IMG/VR virus record: IMGVR_UViG_3300017987_005501
Length of the DNA: 64,000 nt
From: a virus
Lineage: Duplodnaviria; Caudoviricetes
Strand: one strand, 5' to 3'
Below, one piece after another: positions 37,526 to 47,567 of this stretch; the stretch's first letter is position 1, and the number at the start of each line of letters is the position of its first letter. Both the position numbers and the translations under genes were made by a program. Below the pieces are notes generated by a model. It worked only from the letters and a program-made list of their open reading frames with translations. It ran no database searches and was not told where the DNA came from.

Positions 37526-38115
37526 TAAGTGGTTATTCTCCATACAAACGTTAAAGTGGAGGTAGCACTTTTATTAATTACCGGAAACGTTTTATAATTA
37601 AACATGTAGCCGCTATTTGGAACGCCGGTTGCGTTCCCACCAAAAAGGCCCATTTCCACTAGAGGGCCTACGGCTTCCGACTCTGCAAAGATTGTAGTGT
37701 AATCAACAATGTTAGTTGGCGTTGAACTTTCATCACCACTTCCATCTGTCTTAATGTAGGCAGTTTTTGAAAAGGTTTTCCGGAATAATTCTGCTTCTAG
37801 CTGTGTTTGGGAACTAGTAGCCGCTGGTGGTTGCTGTAAATTCCACCCTATGGCCCCTGTTCCAACGGCTAAATATTGTAAGCCCCCTGTTAAGGTAGAT
37901 GGAGATTTTAATAAGATGCCCATTAAAACGGAGGCATCCTGGACAATTACATTTTTTCCTAGGTCAAAGTGAGTCTTTTCCCCAGTTCTTACATCCGTTA
38001 ACCAACCAAAAACATGTCCAGACACTTTCTGGAAAGCAGGCTCTGCAGGAACAACGATTTTCTGCTGCAAATTTAAAGTTTGGTTTTTAACCTTAAAGTT
38101 TTCGCGAATAGTCAT
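37525..38115 (-). CDS. Phage tail-fibre collar / baseplate-associated protein
   Basis: KNVIV...YLAVGTG...ATSSQTQLEAELFRK...EAVGPLVEMGLFGG...FPVINKS...TFVWRIT, a pattern typical of myophage fibre N-terminal/collar proteins. Confidence 0.75.
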   Translation of the reverse strand: MTIRENFKVKNQTLNLQQKIVVPAEPAFQKVSGHVFGWLTDVRTGEKTHFDLGKNVIVQDASVLMGILLKSPSTLTGGLQYLAVGTGAIGWNLQQPPAATSSQTQLEAELFRKTFSKTAYIKTDGSGDESSTPTNIVDYTTIFAESEAVGPLVEMGLFGGNATGVPNSGYMFNYKTFPVINKSATSTLTFVWRITT

Positions 38116-38132
38116 TATTAATCTCCATGTCC

Positions 38133-38303
38133 TTATAAATTTTCATTGTATGGAAGACGGTTTTTTCTCCAAACATGGGAGAATAAAACGTCTTTTAGCA
38201 TAGAAGTCTTTTTAGAAGTCCTTCTTTGTTTATTTGCTAAACTCTTATGTTTTTTTTGGATTAAGTTGTAATTAGTGCTTTTTAGGTTCGGACGCTTATT
38301 CAT
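38133..38303 (-). CDS. Small basic hypothetical protein (56 aa), uncertain
   Basis: GGAG 6 nt before the ATG at 38303. Its stop TAA is followed by GGA, as at other real junctions; K/R-rich. Confidence 0.4.
   Translation of the reverse strand: MNKRPNLKSTNYNLIQKKHKSLANKQRRTSKKTSMLKDVLFSHVWRKNRLPYNENL
38154..38194. other. 17-bp imperfect hairpin (2 mismatches, 7-nt loop)
   Basis: AAGACGgTTTtTTCTCC-aaacatg-GGAGAAtAAAaCGTCTT read directly. Confidence 0.6.
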
Positions 38304-38356
38304 ATTCTTCTCCATTTAATTTCAAGTAATTTACATTTTTATAACCAAAAAAGTAG

Positions 38357-38366
38357 TGAATTATTA
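38357..38366 (-). promoter_or_regulatory. Candidate phage promoter motif TAATAATTCA (copy 2)
   Basis: Same 10-mer in the gap 38316-38382. Confidence 0.5.
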
Positions 38367-38382
38367 CGTTTTTAAGGTCAAT

Positions 38383-40749
38383 TTACAGATAAATTATAGT
38401 TCCACCACTTGCATAGATCCCTCGGACCTGGTCTACTGGGGTGGGGAAATCTTCAAACTCGGATCCAACATTTTCTGTTAGCCAATAATTGGTGGTAGTT
38501 GAAGTAAAAGGATCACTTGAGGGGGCAGTTTTTCCATAATTCAGGCTATGCAATAATTGTTGCTCCCTATCTAACTCAAAGCTTGTTACTGGGCTCGCAG
38601 CAATAGCTTTTACCGGCCAGAAATTAGTAATTAAATAATAGGTTAAGCCCCCTGAAACCTCGTAAGTTTCTTCAAAAGATCCTACATCGACATTAAATCC
38701 TTGCTCATCACAGGCTGGGGATAAATCATAAAGTCCCGTTCCATCCACCAAAATATCAAATTTTGTTCGGGAATACTTTGGATCCATATAATCATTTCCA
38801 ATAACCTGAATTGACTCGTTTAAGAGGATTGTATCGTTAATGATAGACCCGAGGCTATTCAAAATATATGGATCTGTGAATTCAAATCGTTCTGCTATAC
38901 ATCTTTTAGCACTTTGGGTAAGAACAACCGGAGGAGTTGGCCAATTTATAAACTCAGCAGAGTCTACAGCATGTAAAGATTCTCCAATCGGGTTGTCGTT
39001 AGGGTCTGTTGGGTCATCAATTAAGCTCCAATCGTTATAATTTGGGTCTGGCCCTCCAATTTTAGTTCCTCTGGGGCCCTCGTTTGATAAAACGTGATAA
39101 CTATTTGTTCTATTTTTATTTTCTTTATAGTCCCAGAAATTAGAAACTAAGGTTGATCTGCTGTTAGTTAAAGAAGAATAATTAATATCGAAAGCTTCCC
39201 ATCCCCATTTCCATTGAACAGGGTCACATAAGCTTCTATCAATATCTGTGTCCTCGCAATCTCTTGTGAAACATCTATGCTGAATTGCATAATTGGAAGG
39301 GCCCGTTGCTTCTCCGGGAACCACATTTCCAATTATGCTAGGGCCCCACCCGTTAGTTGTTAATCCTGCCGTATTTGTTTTTAATGTTAATATGGGATTT
39401 GGGAAATATGAGTAGTTAATCGTAACAGTGGCACCTGGTGGAGGTGGAAAAATTAAAACTATCGTTCCTTCGACTGGAAGAATTTCGTCCACCCCAACTA
39501 AGATACCATTAATATAAACTTTTACATCGTCTACGGAATCTGCTAATCTTACAGGTTCCTCCGCTTTTGTGATAGGAGAAAACCTAGTTCGAAAAACTCT
39601 ATTTCCAAGAATATTTGGATTATATAGCTCTTCGCCCAAAACGGTAGTAAGTTTTCTAAGCTCGTCGCAGCATTTTCGGGCGTCATCATAATCGTAATCT
39701 GCATAATCGTTATGGGAATTATCACAAAAAGCAGTTTCATCAAGCTTTTGTTTAACCAGGAAACCATTATCTATTTGTGGGTTTACAGGGAACCCATCTA
39801 TTCTTAAACCATCCCCTTCAACCAGGTCTGCAATTGTTAAGGGAATGCCAGAAGCATCCTCAATAATCGCGTCATCCTGGATTTTAACAGGAACCCCCGC
39901 AACATTTAAGAAGTCATCCTGAATAAAATCAAGAATTCCCTCTACTCGGTTATCAATAATTCCTATAGTAGCTGTTTGTTTAATCGAATAATCCCTAATA
40001 ACTTTATAGGCAGAGAAATATCCGTCTTCTTCCAAGAGAGTTCGGCACCCAGCTTGTAGTTTAAAAATCTCAGCAAAAATAAATCTAATTAAATATAGGG
40101 TATGTGCGGGTCGAATTACTTCTGATAAGTATTCCAAGCCAGTTTGTAATTGTTGCAGCGATAACCCTTCTGCGTCCAACTGATCAGTAACAGTGATATC
40201 GTATCTCCACTTAAATTGGTCACTGATATCATAAATACCATTAGGATCACGAGGAGGAGTTTGCTCAAATAGTTCAACAACCTTAGTCGGTGCCTTTGTA
40301 AAGATTTGAACTCCACTTTCAATCGAGGAGGGCCTTGCGCCATTTAATAAGACTGCCAAGATTGAAAGAAGAAAGGATCTGTATTTCTCGTCACTAAAAG
40401 ATGCTGGAACATTATATTTAACGTCAACGTCGTGTAGAAGGTATCCTAGGTTAGTGAAAAGAAACGCAGCCCTTGTCGTTACATAATGATTGTCCGCAAG
40501 AACATCTTCAGAGGATAACCTCAAGATAGCCGACTCAATCGCGATAGCATTTAAAAATTGGGTGTAGTTAGGACCCAGGATATCGCTAATATAGTTAGAG
40601 GGCAATAAGGTTAAAAGAGTCTCAAGAAGTTCCTGAGACCTTAAAATTAGTTCTTTACGGGTTTCCTTACTATCTCTAAGAGCTAAAGATTGTAAATACC
40701 GCGATTTTGTTGAATCGTAATTTCCTAGACTAAAAGGATCTATTGCCAT
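38383..40749 (-). CDS. Baseplate wedge protein (P2 gpI / Mu gp48-like, expanded)
   Basis: Directly after BpJ; LLPSNY...GPNY, FTNLGYLL, DEKYRSFL, GARPSSIESGV, IRPAHTLY. Confidence 0.7.
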   Translation of the reverse strand: MAIDPFSLGNYDSTKSRYLQSLALRDSKETRKELILRSQELLETLLTLLPSNYISDILGPNYTQFLNAIAIESAILRLSSEDVLADNHYVTTRAAFLFTNLGYLLHDVDVKYNVPASFSDEKYRSFLLSILAVLLNGARPSSIESGVQIFTKAPTKVVELFEQTPPRDPNGIYDISDQFKWRYDITVTDQLDAEGLSLQQLQTGLEYLSEVIRPAHTLYLIRFIFAEIFKLQAGCRTLLEEDGYFSAYKVIRDYSIKQTATIGIIDNRVEGILDFIQDDFLNVAGVPVKIQDDAIIEDASGIPLTIADLVEGDGLRIDGFPVNPQIDNGFLVKQKLDETAFCDNSHNDYADYDYDDARKCCDELRKLTTVLGEELYNPNILGNRVFRTRFSPITKAEEPVRLADSVDDVKVYINGILVGVDEILPVEGTIVLIFPPPPGATVTINYSYFPNPILTLKTNTAGLTTNGWGPSIIGNVVPGEATGPSNYAIQHRCFTRDCEDTDIDRSLCDPVQWKWGWEAFDINYSSLTNSRSTLVSNFWDYKENKNRTNSYHVLSNEGPRGTKIGGPDPNYNDWSLIDDPTDPNDNPIGESLHAVDSAEFINWPTPPVVLTQSAKRCIAERFEFTDPYILNSLGSIINDTILLNESIQVIGNDYMDPKYSRTKFDILVDGTGLYDLSPACDEQGFNVDVGSFEETYEVSGGLTYYLITNFWPVKAIAASPVTSFELDREQQLLHSLNYGKTAPSSDPFTSTTTNYWLTENVGSEFEDFPTPVDQVRGIYASGGTIIYL

Positions 40750-43700
40750 TATAGTTGTGTATCGTCAGTGATAAAAGTTAAAATAAGGTCATTTAATGTT
40801 GGGTATTCCAAACTGGCCGTTATAATGTTTTTTGAACCAGATTCATTAAAGACAATATATGTTATTTTGTAAATATGGTTTTCTGGGCGATCTTCTGGGT
40901 CATCCGATACCATAGATACAACGATTCTACCATCTCCTCTAATATATCCTTGTCCCCTTCCGGTATCTACTAGTTCATCGGAAGCAACCAAAGTTAAACG
41001 ATTTTGATCTTCAAAGATAGCAGCGGGGTTAAACTTAAATCCATTTCCTCCAGGAGCCTTTGGGGTCGCATCTAAAGATTCCGAAACGACTTGAACTTGG
41101 TCTCCACCATTATCTTGGGTTGCATGGGCTAAAACAGGGTCTCTCGTAATATAAGATATAACCCTATCCCTCTCATATTCACCAAATGGTAAAGTTGTAT
41201 AAGAGACGAAAATAACATCTCCATCAGATATTGCTCCCCCTGGGATTCCAAAGACCTTAGGAGGAGTTGTTACCGTCCCGCTAATAATTCCGTAGTCGGT
41301 GTTTTCTGTGAGCGTATTTGAACCTAAAGTAACCACAATAGTTGATTCGTCCACATTTGAATTATTTAACGAAACAGGATTCGACAAGATTATTTGATGT
41401 GGTTCGTTTGAAATTATAATAGGATTATTAGATATTGGGTTTGCGCTGTAACTAACAAGGACCGTTCCCCCGTCCGGAATTGCGCCAGCAGTAATTCTAT
41501 AAATCTGTGCTGGGTTTTCTACGTCGCCGGGGATTATACCATAATCAACATTATTTGTATAAACGGTTGAAAGGTCTGAACTCCTTACAACAATTGACGA
41601 CGTTTCCACGTTTGAATTATTTAAGTCCACAAGATCCCCCGTGCTTAATACGTGCGACTCGTCCGTAACAATAATTGGGGGCAAGAAAGTCCCGAATAGG
41701 GAGGAGATATAAGTAACCCGCACCTCGCCTCCATCCGGAATATTTCCAGAAGAAATTCGCACTATTTTTGGGGGAAGTAAAGTACTTCCATAGAGGACAT
41801 CGAAATCCCGCCCTCTAACATAACTAATTGAGCCGTCAAGAGAAGCTATTTCAATTGAGTTTAATTCTACGTTTGAATTTGATAATGCCGTTGGGAGAGC
41901 TCCAGTAAGGGTAATGTCTTCAATAAATGTTGAGGTATATTCGTCCTCAATTGATTCGCGGTTAATTAAAGATTCATCTGCTCTTGCCATTTTATTGAGG
42001 CGAGATGTTGTTGTGCTCCACTCAATATAGTTAACATTTTCAACTTGCTCTATAAGACTAATAATATCTGATTCGTAAACTCTACTTGCAATTGGAAGCT
42101 GATTAATAAATTGGGAAATTGCAGTTCTAATTAATCCTTCAATTACGTTTTGATCCCCTTCAGGGTCGATTACCACAGTCACGTTAATATCGACAGGAGC
42201 TTGGATCGCACTTTTTACTAAAACGTCTGCAGTAACGTGTCGCATTTCATCAACTTCTTGTTGCGCCTGGTGAATTAGTTGGTTAGTCGAATAACGTAAA
42301 GTGATATTCTCTCCACATTTGTAGGAAACTTTAACAATAGACCCATTGGGAATATTTCCATTTGTTAAGCGTTTGATTCTTGTTGCAGTTAAGTTATCCC
42401 CAATATCAACTTGGTAGTCGAGATTTTCAATATATGTTTTGGTCTTATCAACATTCATTACAGTAATGGATTCATCGAAAACTCCAACTTTAGTCGTTTC
42501 AACATATGACTCCCCAGCTAAGGACATTTCCTCGTCTATAACTTGTTGTAAGTCCGCAACAGGTAAACCAGATCCCTTAGTATAGTATTTAACTAAAACA
42601 TCCCCGTCATCCGGAATGCTGCCATCAACAAACCTTGCAATTTGGGGTGGTATCGTAAAGTTTCCTGGAATTAGCTGATAATCAACCCCTTCCTGGTAAA
42701 TTATTGTTTCACTTGTATTTTGAACGGTAACAGTATTTATACTATATGTCGCGTTACCTGGGATTATGCTGCCATCTAAAACATTAATATTCGAAAAAGA
42801 AACACTATCCGTTCCAGGCAAACGAAGAATTTCTTGAACCTCCGTTAAGGGGACAGCATTATCAAAAAAGATCTCAATACTATCTTCTGCAAGTTCCGAG
42901 AACCCATAAAGAAGAGGGTCAGCCTGTTTATAGAAATTATAGTTTCTTCCTAGGTCCCCCGACAAATCCCCCACAACACTAATAATTTCGTCAATGGGTT
43001 GATTCTCGGGGGTATATTGTAAATTAGTTCTATATCTATAAGTAATTTTAACTGTATCAAACTTGTCCAATCCAATTTGCTGGTTAAGGGGATCCGTTTC
43101 ATCCAAATCAATAACGGAGCCCCCAATAACTTGGTAATTCGCTAAACTATAACTCAGGTTTCTAGAAACATTTTTAACTTCCAATACCTCAAAGATTGGG
43201 GTATCTGGGGATAAATCATCGTTTCTTGGTTGGAACTGCATTAAAGAAACGCTAACTATATCTGAATCCCCATCCGTAATGCGGGGGTAATTAAAGCTAA
43301 AGGTTTCTTCGTAAGAATATAAAACTTCTCCTTGCACGTAGATGTCAACTTTTCCACCAATATGTTCATCTCTTACATCATCAAAATCCCGCTCCATATA
43401 TTTATTCCCGGCAGAAATAACCTTAGCCTGACGAACCTGGGGCAAGGCATAAACAGTCTTTAAGTATCCGCCCCTAGTTCCGCTATCAACTCCAACTAAT
43501 GCTAAGGCTGCCCTATCCGCCAAGTCCGAATTGGATTCCTGGTCAGTTCCGAAAGAGGCGGAAAGTTCATTTGTTGCCCTTACATTATTTCCAGTTACCC
43601 CCGATGCCACAATCGTTATTGTGCTAGCAGCCACATTGTAATCCACGCCTGCCTGGTCAGATTGTGCAGGAACTTTAACTTCCCATCGGCGTTCGTTTCT

Positions 43701-45896
43701 ATTATAAAAACTGTTTAAGGATGCAACCCGGATTTCAGCTTGGGATAAAGATGTAAATGAAACCGATTCCCCCGACCCACCTGTTAAAAACTTGGCCCCT
43801 CTTCTAACTATTATATCTTCCGAAGGTTCCGTTGTTGTATAAATTGTAACCTCGACCTGGCTAGGTTGGGCGTCTTGTCTATAAACATTGAAGTTTGCAG
43901 CAAGTTTATCAAATTGTTCGTTAATTAAAGTTTGGGTTTCGTCGTCCGAAATACCTAAGGCATCAGCTAAAAGCTGTTTATCTGCCGAATCTTCAACAGC
44001 AATGGAATCCCCCGTTTCATTAGGGTCATCAAATTGCCTTAAAGTTAAAAAGGATTGCGAGGTCGAAACAAAATCCAAAATAACATAAAGTTTTCTAAAT
44101 TCCTCTGCGGGAGGATCTAAGAAAATATCTCTTACAACAGACCCGGGAGAAAAGTCAATTGCTTGATCTTTAGAAAAGATATTACTAATCATATTAGCTA
44201 AAATATCAGACATCGAGCGAGGCGTTAAATCTCTTACCGTCTTATCTATAACTATGGGTTCAGCACTCACCTCAACGCTATATAAACTCTCCACTTCTGT
44301 TTTATTTGCAGTGTCATAAGAAACGGCAGTTAAAACAAAATAAACGGGAACTCCGAGCTCAAAATTAGTTCCGTCTGGGTTTTTGTCTGGGGTAAAACTA
44401 AAGAAATTAATATCCTGGAACACCTCTTGGGTTACGGTTGTTCTAACATTTCCTGTTTGAGTTACGGCCGTATCAACATCGTAGTCAACCTCTTCGGAAT
44501 AAGCTGGAATTGTAACCAAGTCTGAATTTGCTTTAACATAACCATCGCTACCACCCCCAGCGTTGAGGGAATAATAGACATTATATCCAACAATATCCTG
44601 CTCTAAGTTTTGAGACCAAATAACTTCAACTGCATCCCTAAAACTTTTTGTTGAGATCCCGGTAGGAGGGGAGACAATTAAATCTATATCATCAACTGAG
44701 ACTAGCTTAATGTTGATTGTTGCTGGGTCGCTTACGTTCCCAAATTTATCAGTTGCTTGAACAACAATTGTATTAATCCCGTCAGGTGCAGTTGGGTCTC
44801 CTTGGAGCCTTAAATCCGGGTAAGACCAGATCGAATCTCCTGGAGTGTGGATTACCCCATCTTCAGTTGCGCTCAAACCTCTAATTGAAATTGTTACTTT
44901 TTCAGCGTTAGGAGAGACAGACCCCGCTAAATCCTGCAAATCTATATTAGTGGAAAAATCCTCCCCCTCTTGGGGGTAGTCGATAGTGATGAAAAGATCC
45001 GGTGGAGGGGTATATGTTATTTGAATTGTAGTAGAAGCATTTTCTGTTGTGTTAGATGCCTGAACAACAATAACATTTAAGCCTTCCTGTAATGAAATAT
45101 CTCTGATTTCCCAATCTTTGTCCCCAGGATAATACGTTACATTAAAATCAGTAAAGGGGGACCCGTTTTCTGAATACTTAATTTCTTCAGTAGAAGGATC
45201 CGTAACACCTCTTAGGGTCACGAATTCTTCCCTAGTTTCGAAATTCCCAGTAGAAGGGTAGGTTATAGTTGGGGGTGGTAAAGGTAACCCTGATGGAATG
45301 TATGTTAGTTTTTGTGTGGTTGCCTCACTTTGATCCCCAACAGCATTTTCAGCAAGGACTTCAAAATCGTTATCCCCATTAGATAGAGAAACATTTAGGA
45401 TAGACCAAGAGCTTTGCTCTGGAATAACCAAAACGCCAGGTAAACCCACCCCATTTTGCTTAAAAATAACTTCTTTTGTTTGGCTATCAATAGTTCCATG
45501 GAAATTGAAAGAATTAATATCTGTTTCAAAGTCTTCCCCATTATTTGGGTAATTAATTGTAGGAGCAGATATTGAAATGACAGTTATTCTAAAGATATTA
45601 ATAGCACTTGAAAGCCCATCAGCATTGAACGCTTGAATATTAAAAACGTTTTCGCCCTCTGATAAGGTAGCAGAGTATGACCAAGCGAGCTGATCGGCAG
45701 TAGAATCTGGGGTAAAAACAACACCTGAGTCACTACCGTTAATAGTTATTTTGGTAACGATATAAGGCTCTGTTATTATATGTAAAATAGGGTCAATTTG
45801 GCTAACTACACCTGCTAGAACAACTGAAGTTTCAGAAGTAGTATAATCTATCCCATTATTTGGATTTAATATAACTGGACGATTTGGAGTACTCAT
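40749..45896 (-). CDS. Baseplate J-like wedge protein with four Ig-like domains, FN3 and repeated insertions
   Basis: DFSPGSVVRDIF, AQSDQAGVDYNVAASTI, GTDQESNSDLADRA, GTRGGY, ASRVYESDIISLIEQVENV. N-terminal P-x-I-x-YP-xx-G Ig repeats. Confidence 0.85.
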   Translation of the reverse strand: MSTPNRPVILNPNNGIDYTTSETSVVLAGVVSQIDPILHIITEPYIVTKITINGSDSGVVFTPDSTADQLAWSYSATLSEGENVFNIQAFNADGLSSAINIFRITVISISAPTINYPNNGEDFETDINSFNFHGTIDSQTKEVIFKQNGVGLPGVLVIPEQSSWSILNVSLSNGDNDFEVLAENAVGDQSEATTQKLTYIPSGLPLPPPTITYPSTGNFETREEFVTLRGVTDPSTEEIKYSENGSPFTDFNVTYYPGDKDWEIRDISLQEGLNVIVVQASNTTENASTTIQITYTPPPDLFITIDYPQEGEDFSTNIDLQDLAGSVSPNAEKVTISIRGLSATEDGVIHTPGDSIWSYPDLRLQGDPTAPDGINTIVVQATDKFGNVSDPATINIKLVSVDDIDLIVSPPTGISTKSFRDAVEVIWSQNLEQDIVGYNVYYSLNAGGGSDGYVKANSDLVTIPAYSEEVDYDVDTAVTQTGNVRTTVTQEVFQDINFFSFTPDKNPDGTNFELGVPVYFVLTAVSYDTANKTEVESLYSVEVSAEPIVIDKTVRDLTPRSMSDILANMISNIFSKDQAIDFSPGSVVRDIFLDPPAEEFRKLYVILDFVSTSQSFLTLRQFDDPNETGDSIAVEDSADKQLLADALGISDDETQTLINEQFDKLAANFNVYRQDAQPSQVEVTIYTTTEPSEDIIVRRGAKFLTGGSGESVSFTSLSQAEIRVASLNSFYNRNERRWEVKVPAQSDQAGVDYNVAASTITIVASGVTGNNVRATNELSASFGTDQESNSDLADRAALALVGVDSGTRGGYLKTVYALPQVRQAKVISAGNKYMERDFDDVRDEHIGGKVDIYVQGEVLYSYEETFSFNYPRITDGDSDIVSVSLMQFQPRNDDLSPDTPIFEVLEVKNVSRNLSYSLANYQVIGGSVIDLDETDPLNQQIGLDKFDTVKITYRYRTNLQYTPENQPIDEIISVVGDLSGDLGRNYNFYKQADPLLYGFSELAEDSIEIFFDNAVPLTEVQEILRLPGTDSVSFSNINVLDGSIIPGNATYSINTVTVQNTSETIIYQEGVDYQLIPGNFTIPPQIARFVDGSIPDDGDVLVKYYTKGSGLPVADLQQVIDEEMSLAGESYVETTKVGVFDESITVMNVDKTKTYIENLDYQVDIGDNLTATRIKRLTNGNIPNGSIVKVSYKCGENITLRYSTNQLIHQAQQEVDEMRHVTADVLVKSAIQAPVDINVTVVIDPEGDQNVIEGLIRTAISQFINQLPIASRVYESDIISLIEQVENVNYIEWSTTTSRLNKMARADESLINRESIEDEYTSTFIEDITLTGALPTALSNSNVELNSIEIASLDGSISYVRGRDFDVLYGSTLLPPKIVRISSGNIPDGGEVRVTYISSLFGTFLPPIIVTDESHVLSTGDLVDLNNSNVETSSIVVRSSDLSTVYTNNVDYGIIPGDVENPAQIYRITAGAIPDGGTVLVSYSANPISNNPIIISNEPHQIILSNPVSLNNSNVDESTIVVTLGSNTLTENTDYGIISGTVTTPPKVFGIPGGAISDGDVIFVSYTTLPFGEYERDRVISYITRDPVLAHATQDNGGDQVQVVSESLDATPKAPGGNGFKFNPAAIFEDQNRLTLVASDELVDTGRGQGYIRGDGRIVVSMVSDDPEDRPENHIYKITYIVFNESGSKNIITASLEYPTLNDLILTFITDDTQL

Positions 45897-45906
45897 TTAC
45901 ATATCC

Positions 45907-46797
45907 TTATATATTTCTAAAATTCTGTACTGGGCTTGGTGGCAATTCCGTTATTTGAGAATTGTTTGCATCCCTAGCTGTAAGCGAACCCGGCCGTCTG
46001 TTAGATGGCAAAGATAAGGAGCTTCGGTCTATACTTGGAAGCACCTTAATAGGCTGGCTTATTTCTGCAACCCCAAAAGTTTTATTTTGAACAACGACAT
46101 TAACATTAAATAATGATGGGTCCTCTGAACTCTGAACAACATCTACGCTTAAAACGCTTGATAATAACTCAGCATCGGAGACTCTTTGAATTTGTGCCTG
46201 ATTCAATTGTTTTTGAATATACCCATTTAAAGTCGAATTTATCTCTTGGGTTATTTTTAATCGCATCATCTCTGGGTTTACAATCTTTTGCCCGATTAGT
46301 AAATAAATCGTTGTACCAATATATTCATGGAAAGTATTGGAACCCAAGATTGTATACATCCATTTTTTTAGATCTTGTAGTAGCTTTTGCTGCCCTGTTA
46401 CCGTTATAGGCTTCCCTGTAGCCGTAGTATACCGGAAATCGTTCTCAATTCTTAAATCGTGGCACCTGTTACAAAAAGCAACGTCAGTATAATAGGTTAT
46501 TTGGAAAAGGTCATCTATTGCTTTCAATTTATTTGCGAATAAGATCTTCTTCCAAACACGAGTAGATTCCCCAAAACCATCGAGTGAAGCCCTTGCCTCG
46601 TCTCTTACTAAGGTATAGCTATAAGTAGGATCCTCCGGGTTAATTTCAAACCCATTTACTTTTAAAACAATATCTTCCAATCTTGTAGCAGAAGGAGGCC
46701 GCTCAAATCTAAGGGACTGCCTATCATCATCGACTTGTTGAATTTCGTCGACAATTCTATGGGTGCAGCTATTTTCTAATTTTAAGTCGTATACCAT
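45907..46797 (-). CDS. gp25/GPW-like baseplate wedge protein with N-terminal extension
   Basis: C-terminal ITVTGQQKLLQDLKKWMYTILGSNTFHEYIGTTI...VLSVDV...PSLFNVNVVV; CNRC motif. Confidence 0.8.
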   Translation of the reverse strand: MVYDLKLENSCTHRIVDEIQQVDDDRQSLRFERPPSATRLEDIVLKVNGFEINPEDPTYSYTLVRDEARASLDGFGESTRVWKKILFANKLKAIDDLFQITYYTDVAFCNRCHDLRIENDFRYTTATGKPITVTGQQKLLQDLKKWMYTILGSNTFHEYIGTTIYLLIGQKIVNPEMMRLKITQEINSTLNGYIQKQLNQAQIQRVSDAELLSSVLSVDVVQSSEDPSLFNVNVVVQNKTFGVAEISQPIKVLPSIDRSSLSLPSNRRPGSLTARDANNSQITELPPSPVQNFRNI

Positions 46798-46805
46798 TTT
46801 TAGTC

Positions 46806-47555
46806 CTAGCTTGCTGGATCCTCTTCATCCAAGTCTTGTAAGAGTTTTGCATAAGCTTCTGCGTTTGCGGACTCTGAAGTCTGGTTTTCTTCCAAGGGCA
46901 CAGAGAAACGTCTAACAGTTCTTAGTGAATTTTCGTTCGGAGCAGTTAATTCTGATTGCGAATTCTTGATAATTGAATTCGTGGCCCTGTTTTCAATAAC
47001 TTGGTCTTCTATTTCTGCTCCTTCTTCCGAGCTTGCTGTTCTTCTATTTTTGAGATCTAGCAATTCTCGATATAACTCATCTATGAGATCTTGAATCTTG
47101 TTTATTTTAAATTCTGCCTTTTCTTTCCATCTTTGAATACTTTTAATATAAGGACTTTTCATTTTTTTAGCTAATCTTCCAGGACCCAAATCAGGATACT
47201 GAGGAGCCCGCCCGAATCTTTTAGGCAATGGAGTTTCGTAATAGGCCCAAGTAAAATCACCTTCATAACTTTTTGTTGCTAAATCCTCTGAAGACCCCAC
47301 TGCGGAAGGCTTAACTCGGCGGGCTAGATCAGAAGTTGAAGCAGTCCCTGTCATTTCAGTTGCTTTACCTGAAGCTGTTCTCAGTTTTTGGAGAAGCCCA
47401 TTTTGTTTATTTCTTAGGCGCTCTATTTCCATTTCTAAATGGGAGATTCTTTTATCTAACCAGACAAACTCTTCACCCCTAACAAAAGGGAGGAAACGAA
47501 GAGTAAAATCTTTTAGAATATTTTGTCTCCAAACTGATTTTCCATCATATGCCAT
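46806..47555 (-). CDS. Hypothetical coiled-coil (probable virion) protein
   Basis: 249 aa with two heptad-like helices; within the baseplate module. Confidence 0.7.
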   Translation of the reverse strand: MAYDGKSVWRQNILKDFTLRFLPFVRGEEFVWLDKRISHLEMEIERLRNKQNGLLQKLRTASGKATEMTGTASTSDLARRVKPSAVGSSEDLATKSYEGDFTWAYYETPLPKRFGRAPQYPDLGPGRLAKKMKSPYIKSIQRWKEKAEFKINKIQDLIDELYRELLDLKNRRTASSEEGAEIEDQVIENRATNSIIKNSQSELTAPNENSLRTVRRFSVPLEENQTSESANAEAYAKLLQDLDEEDPAS

Positions 47556-47567
47556 AATTATTATGCC

